A stretch of DNA of 33,525 bases from the NCBI GenBank assembly GCA_964584385.1, contig CAZOZW010000010.1, positions 9,946 to 43,470 of the forward strand, read 5' to 3'. The notes below the pieces were generated by a model. It ran no database searches and had not been told where the DNA came from. It saw nothing but the letters and a program-made list of their open reading frames with translations. Positions 7,840-15,118 of the stretch are shown in pieces. Every line of letters starts with the position of its first letter. The first letter of the stretch is position 1. Made by a program: the position numbers and the translations under genes. Origin of the DNA: an uncultured Candidatus Peribacteria bacterium (lineage in GTDB: Bacteria; Patescibacteriota; Gracilibacteria; CAIRYL01; GCA-016699755).

Positions 7840-8238
7840 ATGTCAGATAAAGAAACTCTTTGCCAAAAAATCGATGCGGTTCTGTCATACTATGACATGA
7901 ACCCATGTCTTAACGAAAAAATTCGATTCTCTGGGCAACAATCGCACATTATTTACAATGATTGTTCTGTGTCCTTTCGGATGGGCTATTACAAAGTGCT
8001 TGCCGATATTAAGAGGTATGCGAAAGCAACTAATGATATAATGGTTGCGTACCTTGCTCAGCAGCTCTGCAATGAAGCTGATGAAATGCAGAAGTTTATC
8101 GCCTTTTGCTACGATACTATTGAAAAAATGGGGGGAGAAGAAGTTGAGGATGCAATTTGTGAATGCAGAGAATGCTTTGTCTCCAAATCACAAATGAAGT
8201 TGATAGGTTGCAAGCGTGAGTTGCAATATTCAGCTTAA
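7840..8238 (+). CDS. Hypothetical small Cys-containing protein (132 aa)
   Basis: ORF 7789..8238 trimmed to ATG 7840, which has SD GGAG 7 nt upstream. C-terminal CECRECF..C cluster. Confidence 0.6.
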   Translation: MSDKETLCQKIDAVLSYYDMNPCLNEKIRFSGQQSHIIYNDCSVSFRMGYYKVLADIKRYAKATNDIMVAYLAQQLCNEADEMQKFIAFCYDTIEKMGGEEVEDAICECRECFVSKSQMKLIGCKRELQYSA

Positions 8239-8249
8239 GTTCAAAACGC

Positions 8250-8278
8250 TTCCCCGGTGCATGCCGGGGAGTTTTTTT
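8250..8278. terminator. Rho-independent terminator between convergent genes
   Basis: Stem TCCCCGG/CCGGGGA with a 6-nt loop and a T7 run. It sits between the stops at 8238 (+) and 8286 (-). Confidence 0.75.
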
Positions 8279-8285
8279 GATGCAA

Positions 8286-8663
8286 TTACGTTCGCGAATG
8301 AATCCCGATCTTGTTTCCTTCGGTGTCGTTGGCAGTAATCATAAAACCGAATTCGCCAATATCTTTGCGTGGCATTACAATGGTCCCACCAGCTTGTTGT
8401 ACCTTTTTTTCGTCTGCGGTTAAATCTCCACTTGGTGAAGTAAAATACACCATCACTCCGTCTTGCGAGGGGGTATAATCTTTACCGCTGCATAATGCTC
8501 CACTGGCTCCATAGCCATCATCCATCGGAAACCACGCCATCTCACCATCCTCCCACGGGATCATCTCGAAATTTTTATAGCCGAAAACTGCTTGGTAAAA
8601 CGCTTTCGCACGATCCATATCTGTTACCGGAACCTCGACCCAACCAATTGGATTTTTTTGCAT
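8286..8663 (-). CDS. VOC (glyoxalase/bleomycin-resistance) family protein
   Basis: 125 aa. The N-terminal IGWVEVPVTDMDRAKAFYQAVFG and the overall pattern are typical of small VOC proteins. Confidence 0.75.
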   Translation of the reverse strand: MQKNPIGWVEVPVTDMDRAKAFYQAVFGYKNFEMIPWEDGEMAWFPMDDGYGASGALCSGKDYTPSQDGVMVYFTSPSGDLTADEKKVQQAGGTIVMPRKDIGEFGFMITANDTEGNKIGIHSRT

Positions 8664-8922
8664 GTTTGTCGAACAGAGAAAACTTCAATGTAAACATGCG
8701 CTTATTCGAGGCAGAAGTCAATAACGAGAATCGTTATCATCATTGGAAAAAACCGGCTTTTGGTTGTGCTATGGGAGCAGATAATTTGCAAATACTTGCT
8801 TTTTATAAATTATCATGTTAAAAATACTTACCATTTTCTCTTCGACGTTATAAAAAAACGTACGAGCGAAGTGGAGAATTGAACCTTTTTATCAACGACA
8901 AGTTATTCAAGGGGTGGGTAAG

Positions 8923-9519
8923 ATGAGCTACAGAAACTTAGCGAAAACACTTTTAAACGAGGTCAGCCAGGTAGGATTAGGTATGGAAGAGATGAATGAA
9001 TTTATCTATGAATTGGAAACACTCGTTAAATGGAAATATGCTTACGACGAAGGGAGTCGGGAACGGCGATTGCTAGAGCTGGTAGATAGCTGGCGCGGAG
9101 ACATTGATTATCGTAAAAAAAATCAATTGAGCGATGTTCCGGCGTTTTATGAGGAGTCGATTAAGGATTACCTCGAGATCTTGGTTGAAATAACAAAGCC
9201 GCTCGCTGAAATGGACTTGTATGAGCTAATCAACAAGATTTGCATGCACATCATCAGCTACCCCGGCTTAAGCCCATCAAACCATATGTTTGAGTTTGAG
9301 GCCGTAATACCAGCTTTGATTATAAAGCTTAATCTAGCTAATCAGAACGAGCTGGCGGTTGAAATCAAAACGAAGTATGAAAGCATACTTACTCAAGATG
9401 CCCAAGATGGAGCAAGAACAGAGTCGTGGAGTAGTGTTGCTTTTTATGCAGCACAACGACGCAGAAAATTTTGCGATTGGCTTTTACCAAAGTTACATCA
9501 GTTCAATATTAATTCTTGA
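8923..9519 (+). CDS. Hypothetical soluble protein (198 aa), island 1
   Basis: ATG 8923 is preceded by GGGGTGGG; GTG 8914 is an alternative start. I recognise no family. Confidence 0.6.
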   Translation: MSYRNLAKTLLNEVSQVGLGMEEMNEFIYELETLVKWKYAYDEGSRERRLLELVDSWRGDIDYRKKNQLSDVPAFYEESIKDYLEILVEITKPLAEMDLYELINKICMHIISYPGLSPSNHMFEFEAVIPALIIKLNLANQNELAVEIKTKYESILTQDAQDGARTESWSSVAFYAAQRRRKFCDWLLPKLHQFNINS

Positions 9520-9552
9520 GTATTAGATGGGTGAGATAAAGGTTTAACTATT

Positions 9553-9576
9553 GCCCCCGCTTGCGGGGGCTTTTTT
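9553..9576. terminator. Rho-independent terminator overlapping the stop of the convergent GNAT gene
   Basis: Stem GCCCCC/GGGGGC with a 6-nt loop and a T6 run. Confidence 0.75.
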
Positions 9577-10105
9577 ACTTGCTCTTCGATAGAACCAAGT
9601 CGGTGCGATCATCGTATCGCTTTTCGGCATGAGCAGCGAACCCCGCTGCCCGATACAAATCGACAACATGCTTATTCCAGCTTGCAGAATTAGTCTGCAC
9701 CGTAAAGCCCAAGTCGCCTTGCAAAAATAAAAACCCGATTTTTCGGTTGAATGCCAAAAAGCAGTTCAGCAAGTCTTTGCCAATGCCTTGTTGTTGGTAC
9801 TCGGCATCAACGGCAAGCTCACTGATATAAATCGAATTCTTAGGGTATTGGTGATTTTCTTCTGCGGCGCGCTCGTATCCGATCATTACACCGATTGGCT
9901 TTTTTTGATTCAACACAACCAAGCTGTGTTGCCATTTGCAAAGAAACTCCCTGTTTCGTTTACTCTCCGCTAAAACTTTAATAGCGGTGTATTCTACCAG
10001 TTTAATTTGCTCGAGCATTTTTGCGATTCCTTCAGCATGTTCTTCGACATATTCTCGATTCAATCGTACTACCGAAAATCCGTTTACTTCTGCAATTATC
10101 TTCAT
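9575..10105 (-). CDS. GNAT family N-acetyltransferase
   Basis: ELAVDAEYQQQGIGKDLL contains the QxxGxG acetyl-CoA motif. 176 aa. Confidence 0.8.
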   Translation of the reverse strand: MKIIAEVNGFSVVRLNREYVEEHAEGIAKMLEQIKLVEYTAIKVLAESKRNREFLCKWQHSLVVLNQKKPIGVMIGYERAAEENHQYPKNSIYISELAVDAEYQQQGIGKDLLNCFLAFNRKIGFLFLQGDLGFTVQTNSASWNKHVVDLYRAAGFAAHAEKRYDDRTDLVLSKSK

Positions 10106-11046
10106 TTATTGTTCACCGCTTCGTTTTTGATTTTTTCCGCACCAAATCGCCTGATTACATCCTGAAACACCGGTTGCAATAAAACCCATGGAACTTCAGA
10201 AAGGAGTACCACCAAAAGTACCGTTGGTGAAAAGTATGTGCCAGCTAAAAGAATTATCAGTCCGTTGTTCATAAATCCGAGCATGAGGGCATTCGTCCAG
10301 CGTTCTTGCACGGTTTTCGTTGGCATTACAAAACCGATGATAAAGCGAGACACAAATAGCAGAAGCAACCCGATCACAATAAAAGCGGCTAAGAGTGGGT
10401 CGCCAAAATTCAATAGTTCGTCGCGACTTTCGGCAATAATCACCGCTAAAAAGAGCGACATGATCATAACCCCGGCAGCTCCGCCAATACCTATCATCCG
10501 TTCGCGCATTTTTGGCAAAAACTTGCTTACCAGAATTGCGGCGATCGCCGGAACAAAAATCATCCTCGCTAAAAATAAACCCATCTCTGTTGCCGAAACC
10601 GCTACTTCAACATCGAACAAAAGCTCGCTTAAAAACGGAATACTCAGCGGCGCCAACAAAGAAGTAAGAACGGTAAAGGCGGTAGCCCATAGCACTTTTA
10701 AATTATGTAAACCGGCGATCAGCGAATTTAATACGGCGCCAGGCGCTGCCGCCAAAAGTACAAAACCGATCATAATCTCTGGCGGGGCAGAAAACAGTAA
10801 AATATAAATTACGAGCGGAAACAAAACCATTGTTAACGCGGCAAATGCAAGCAGTTTAAAAGCATTCTGTCGCAGATGAATCAGTTCGCCAAACCGGATT
10901 CGCAAACACCCCAAAAACAATGTCATCATCAGTAATTCGTCACCGATTGGTTCGAGCGGTGAAAATAATTGCGGGGCGATTAACGCGGCTGCCGAAAAAG
11001 CGCCCAAGAACAAGCCGAGATTTTGTGTAATAAATGTTCTGATCAT
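10102..11046 (-). CDS. Bile acid:sodium symporter (BASS/SBF-like) family transporter
   Basis: 314 aa with about 9-10 hydrophobic segments. The AAAPGAVLNS motif and the length fit BASS. ATGA overlaps at both ends. Confidence 0.6.
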   Translation of the reverse strand: MIRTFITQNLGLFLGAFSAAALIAPQLFSPLEPIGDELLMMTLFLGCLRIRFGELIHLRQNAFKLLAFAALTMVLFPLVIYILLFSAPPEIMIGFVLLAAAPGAVLNSLIAGLHNLKVLWATAFTVLTSLLAPLSIPFLSELLFDVEVAVSATEMGLFLARMIFVPAIAAILVSKFLPKMRERMIGIGGAAGVMIMSLFLAVIIAESRDELLNFGDPLLAAFIVIGLLLLFVSRFIIGFVMPTKTVQERWTNALMLGFMNNGLIILLAGTYFSPTVLLVVLLSEVPWVLLQPVFQDVIRRFGAEKIKNEAVNNK

Positions 11047-11300
11047 TTCTTCCAGCGTTCAAGTCGTGGAATGCCGCGCGTAAACAGCCATGCTACAAAG
11101 CGATTCATGCCTTGCTCGCGCATTTTTTCAACGCATAACGCCTGCATTTTTTGCGCTGTATCGATCTCGGGTAAAGTGAATGTGCCGTTTTGATAGCAGT
11201 ACGAACAATATTTTTCGGTCTTGCTGCCGTTTTTCTCTGTTCCACCACCTTTCGGATCTTGCCGTAGTGGCATACCACAACTTTGACACATTTTCATCAA
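11043..11300 (-). CDS. Putative zinc-ribbon protein (Zn_ribbon_2-like)
   Basis: MCQSCGMPL...KYCSYCYQNGTF has two CxxC pairs. 85 aa. Confidence 0.7.
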   Translation of the reverse strand: MMKMCQSCGMPLRQDPKGGGTEKNGSKTEKYCSYCYQNGTFTLPEIDTAQKMQALCVEKMREQGMNRFVAWLFTRGIPRLERWKK

Positions 11301-11368
11301 TCATCAAAAAGCAGGGTCAATGTATCAACTTATTACCAATTTTGCGAATCTCTCTTCTTGGCAGATAA

Positions 11369-11722
11369 TTATTGCAGTGCTTGCTGAATATAATAGGTCA
11401 GGTTTTTTTCTTCTACATCAGCCAGGCTTTTGAGCTTGAGGTGACGACGATATTTACCGTTCCCCTCAAGGAGTTTATCATCATCGGCAAAAGTATACCC
11501 TTTAGTAAATTCGAAGGAAACATGGTGCTCATAGGCAAAAATGCCGCCAAAATCATCATCTTTGGTAAACATGATACCGCCGTACATTATTCGCTCGGTT
11601 ACCTCTGCGTTTTGCCCAAATACGATTTTGCGCGCTGTTTGTACAATTTCGTACTGCTGCGGTGCAAATTCTTGCAATTCATCTAAGAACTGTTGCACTT
11701 TTGGGTCTTGCGATTGCTTCAT
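11369..11722 (-). CDS. DUF1801 (YdhG-like) domain protein
   Basis: ORF 11369..11767 trimmed to ATG 11722, because the upstream ATG lies inside palindrome copy C. IMYGGIMF...HVSFEF pattern. Confidence 0.65.
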   Translation of the reverse strand: MKQSQDPKVQQFLDELQEFAPQQYEIVQTARKIVFGQNAEVTERIMYGGIMFTKDDDFGGIFAYEHHVSFEFTKGYTFADDDKLLEGNGKYRRHLKLKSLADVEEKNLTYYIQQALQ

Positions 11723-11757
11723 ATATCTCTCTAAAATGTTAACGACTCTGCTTTGAA

Positions 11758-11799
11758 AATACTGCATTTACACGGTGGTTCGCGTCTTAATGCAGTATT
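11758..11799. repeat. 42-bp palindromic element, copy C
   Basis: aatactgcattta cacggtggttcgcgtc ttaatgcagtatt. It directly abuts the stop codon at 11800-11802 of the upstream (minus-strand) gene. Confidence 0.9.
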
Positions 11800-12171
11800 T
11801 TACACATGTTGATCGATCAATATCGGGTTTCCATCGGGATCGAGCATCACAAAACTTCCGGGTCCGCTTTCGCCATCTAAACTCTCTTGCTCGGTTGTAA
11901 CGCCGCTTTCTATAATCTTTTTGTGGAGCTTGCGCACATCTTCGAATTCGCTGAGGGTTTCGCAATTCTGATTCCACCCCGGATTAAACGTGAGGATGTT
12001 GTTTTTGAACATGCCTTCAAACAGACCAATCACCGTATCACCGTTTTTCATGATCAAATACTTATGCTCCGCTTCACCGGCAAAAACGCTGAATCCCAGT
12101 TTTTCGTAAAACTCTTTTGATGTCTGTAAGTCTTGTACGGCAAGGCTGGTCGAGAATGCTCCAAGCTTCAT
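11800..12171 (-). CDS. VOC (glyoxalase) family protein
   Basis: ORF 11800..12324 trimmed to ATG 12171 (MKLGAFSTSLAVQDLQTSKEFYEKLGF). The C-terminal DPDGNPILIDQ is typical of VOC proteins. Confidence 0.7.
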   Translation of the reverse strand: MKLGAFSTSLAVQDLQTSKEFYEKLGFSVFAGEAEHKYLIMKNGDTVIGLFEGMFKNNILTFNPGWNQNCETLSEFEDVRKLHKKIIESGVTTEQESLDGESGPGSFVMLDPDGNPILIDQHV

Positions 12172-12307
12172 GGTAGGTAAAAGTTCATTAAGAGCATACG
12201 AAGACTTTTTACTTTGGCGCAAGGGAATATTATTTACAGTAAAAAATCCTCTTTCTCGCTTCCGTTTGGTGATGATTCTCCCTCGGAGGCGAAGGTTTCT
12301 CATCAAA

Positions 12308-12826
12308 TCAATCATCTGACTCAATGCGCGACTTTAACCTTTTAAAATACTCTCTTATTGGTGAAAAAATATACCTCAACATTAAAAAGATAACCAGAAC
12401 TATGATCGAGTAAAATAAACCCATCAACAATGTGGTTAAATATGATGACAGAAATGAGTAAATGGGGCTATCGGCATTCCTGTTAAAAATATTGCGCCCA
12501 TGACCAAAAAACAATTTCAAGAACTCGCCAGCCATGAACATGGCATTAATGCCCAAAAACTTATCAATAACTACTACGCATTGAAGGAGTGATTTTGCAT
12601 AGGCGCTTATCATTAAGTTTTTAGATTCCTTTAATCGATCACGTTTTATTAAGTATGAGTCTAAAAAAACATAGGCAAACCACCAGCAAAAGATTCCACT
12701 GAGTATGCCGAGTATCCAAACGAGAGAATCGGTTAGTTCTAAAGCAAAATACCATGCCACAATTGTATTGACCGCAACAAGCAATACCCATTTTAGCTTC
12801 GTTTTTCGTGTTGCTGGCAGTCTCAT
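12308..12826 (-). CDS. Hypothetical four-TM membrane protein (172 aa)
   Basis: Four hydrophobic segments. It starts 19 nt downstream of the tRNA-Ser 3' end. Confidence 0.55.
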   Translation of the reverse strand: MRLPATRKTKLKWVLLVAVNTIVAWYFALELTDSLVWILGILSGIFCWWFAYVFLDSYLIKRDRLKESKNLMISAYAKSLLQCVVVIDKFLGINAMFMAGEFLKLFFGHGRNIFNRNADSPIYSFLSSYLTTLLMGLFYSIIVLVIFLMLRYIFSPIREYFKRLKSRIESDD

Positions 12827-12845
12827 TCTTTGTCAGAATTATTTA

Positions 12846-12937
12846 TGGCGGAGAGAGAGGGATTCGAACCCTCGGTCCCGATAAATCGGGACAACGGTTT
12901 TCGAGACCGTCCCATTCGACCGCTCTGGCATCTCTCC
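12846..12937 (-). tRNA. tRNA-Ser (anticodon CGA), CCA encoded
   Basis: The reverse complement is GGAGAGATGCCAGAGCGGTCGAATGGGACGGTCTCGAAAACCGTTGTCCCGATTTATCGGGACCGAGGGTTCGAATCCCTCTCTCTCCGCCA. It has a 7-bp acceptor stem, an anticodon stem ACGGT/ACCGT with loop CTCGAAA, a long variable arm and a GGTTCGAATCC T-arm. Confidence 0.9.
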
Positions 12938-12968
12938 GCGTGTCGAGTCAAAAATCAATCTACGCTAT

Positions 12969-13667
12969 TTAGCGTCTTCTTGGCAATTGCTTTTCTCTTT
13001 TTGTGTAGGTAAATGTAATTCCCGAATCGCCGAATGAAAGCTTGTGCCCGCTTACTCGAACATCTTTTTTGCTATTGCGCGACAGAATAAAGATACACAT
13101 CTCATGCGCTCTCAATCGGGTATTGAAATAATCGCGTGCCTCACTCTGTGCTCCAATCGCTTGAATAATCCTTTGGTTGATTTCTTGGTACGAATGATGA
13201 AATTCAGTGATCTGACTTCTTTTCGATTCTTCTATCAAGTCTTTTATAACATCTGGCAGGGTATAACGAAGTACGGTTTCGTTGTTCCCATGAAGAGATC
13301 TGGCGGTTTCAAGTGGTAAGTCTTGAATTGGTTTAACTATTTCAACGAACGGTTTCTCGTTCGAGTTATCTCTTTTTCCACCACGATTATCTTTGCGAAT
13401 CTTGTTTTGAGTCGGCGGTGTGATTACATGATTTATTTTTGAACCTGTGGATTGCCTTGCTTTTTTAAGAATATCAATTGCCCTAAGTGTCACAGCTTCA
13501 TCTACCGTGTTTACTTGAGCAATATAATTAAGCAGCATGCGATAGTGGTTCTGGAGTTCTTCGGTGATCTGCTGAATCTCAAACAGCTCATTCGGGGTGA
13601 TTGTGCCGGGCTTTGCTTTTAATTTCTTATCGAGTTCATCTACGATATTAAGCTCAGGATTGTTCAT
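12969..13667 (-). CDS. Hypothetical protein (232 aa)
   Basis: Long ORF in the same orientation as its neighbours, with a basic central linker. No recognised motif. Confidence 0.55.
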   Translation of the reverse strand: MNNPELNIVDELDKKLKAKPGTITPNELFEIQQITEELQNHYRMLLNYIAQVNTVDEAVTLRAIDILKKARQSTGSKINHVITPPTQNKIRKDNRGGKRDNSNEKPFVEIVKPIQDLPLETARSLHGNNETVLRYTLPDVIKDLIEESKRSQITEFHHSYQEINQRIIQAIGAQSEARDYFNTRLRAHEMCIFILSRNSKKDVRVSGHKLSFGDSGITFTYTKREKQLPRRR

Positions 13668-13716
13668 GTAATCTGATTAAGACCACATTTAACGTGAAAT
13701 GAAAACTAATGTCAAA

Positions 13717-15096
13717 TTATTGTACTTCGGGTTGCTCCATGAGCTTGTCCATCACAATCGCTTTGATCTCATCGAGTTTTTCTTGGGTGCGGGCCTCAAA
13801 TCGTAGCGTAATTTTTGGCGAGGTATTGCTCGCACGAACAATTCCCCAAGCTCCGTTATCAAAATCGATCCGAACGCCGTCGATCGTCAGACACTTTTCT
13901 TCGCCATATTGTTCAACGAAGTATTTTACCAAGCGATCGATCACCAAGAATTTGGAATCTTCGGGGCAACTCACTTTTAGCTCTGGTGTGTTATATACTT
14001 TTGGTAGGTCTGCAAAATGTTCTGGCAATGCCTTGCCCGATTTTTGGACGATTTCGAGAACCTTCGCCGCTGCCAAAAAGGCATCGTCGAAGCCGTAGTA
14101 GTTTTCACCGAAAAATAAATGACCGCTTACCTCGCCACCGAGCAGCGAGCCAACCTCGCGCATTTTTTCTTCTACGAACGAGTGCCCGGTTTGTACCATT
14201 ATTCCTTCACCGCCGCGCTCGGCGATCTCATCGAACAAAACTTGGGTCGCTTTAAGGTCGATTACGATTTTGGCATTTTTTTGACGTGTTAATAAATCCC
14301 GCGAAAGAATCAATAGAATTAAATCTGCCGGGTAGCTAACACCGTCTTTATCGACAAAACCAACGCGGTCGCCATCGCCATCGAACGCAATGCCGATATC
14401 TGCCTTGTGGGCTTTTACCGCTTCTTTTAAATCGGCTAGATTCGCTTCTTCTTCGGGGTCGGCATCGTGGTTGGGAAACGTGCCGTCGACCTCACAGTAA
14501 AGTGGGATAACATCGCATCCCAGACGAGTAAACAACTCGGGAGCGAATTTGCCGGGCACGCCGTTACCAGCGTCGATAACCACTTTTGGTTTACCGGGGA
14601 TCTCGATCATCGATTCGAGCTTTTCGAAATACTCTTCTACATAATCTTGTTTCGTCTCTTTTCCTTTGCCGATCTCAAAATCCATTGCTTCGCATATCTC
14701 GAGAATCGCTTGAATCTCGTCGCCGCAAACCGCATGGGCACCATGGCGTTGCAGTTTAAACCCGTTGTACTCACGTGGATTATGGCTGGCGGTAATGTTC
14801 ACGCCGCCGTCGAATTCGCCGTGGCAGATCGAAAAAAACAAAAGTGGCGAAGTCGCAAGCCCCACATTCGTCACATCGGCTCCGGCACTCAATACTCCTT
14901 TGATGAATGCGCTTTGCATCGCTTCGCCACTTACGCGCCCGTCGCGCCCAACGGCAATGTTCGGCTTTTCGATGCCGTCATTACGGATTAAATATGTCGC
15001 ATAAGCTTTGCCGAGTACTTCTGCCCCGGCTTCGTCGAAATCTTCACCGGCTATGCCGCGAATATCGTATGCACGAAAAATATGATCCTTTAACAT
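13717..15096 (-). CDS. Phosphomannomutase/phosphoglucomutase (alpha-D-phosphohexomutase)
   Basis: ORF trimmed to ATG 15096 (MLKDHIFRAYDIRG). Catalytic TASHNP loop, DGDGDR metal loop and GEVSGH sugar loop are all present. Confidence 0.9.
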   Translation of the reverse strand: MLKDHIFRAYDIRGIAGEDFDEAGAEVLGKAYATYLIRNDGIEKPNIAVGRDGRVSGEAMQSAFIKGVLSAGADVTNVGLATSPLLFFSICHGEFDGGVNITASHNPREYNGFKLQRHGAHAVCGDEIQAILEICEAMDFEIGKGKETKQDYVEEYFEKLESMIEIPGKPKVVIDAGNGVPGKFAPELFTRLGCDVIPLYCEVDGTFPNHDADPEEEANLADLKEAVKAHKADIGIAFDGDGDRVGFVDKDGVSYPADLILLILSRDLLTRQKNAKIVIDLKATQVLFDEIAERGGEGIMVQTGHSFVEEKMREVGSLLGGEVSGHLFFGENYYGFDDAFLAAAKVLEIVQKSGKALPEHFADLPKVYNTPELKVSCPEDSKFLVIDRLVKYFVEQYGEEKCLTIDGVRIDFDNGAWGIVRASNTSPKITLRFEARTQEKLDEIKAIVMDKLMEQPEVQ

Positions 15097-15118
15097 AATC
15101 TGATAATGAGATAATAAA

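Noticed and set aside
10238-10807. A 189-aa plus-strand ORF opposite the BASS-like transporter. Similar antisense ORFs include 1037-1474, 3186-3722, 14467-14991, 17615-18142, 22863-23462, 23805-24251, 26546-27188 and 32506-32949.
   Set aside because: They are shadow ORFs lying entirely inside strongly supported genes on the other strand. Their composition is Ser/Arg/Pro-rich and repetitive, and they have no start context.
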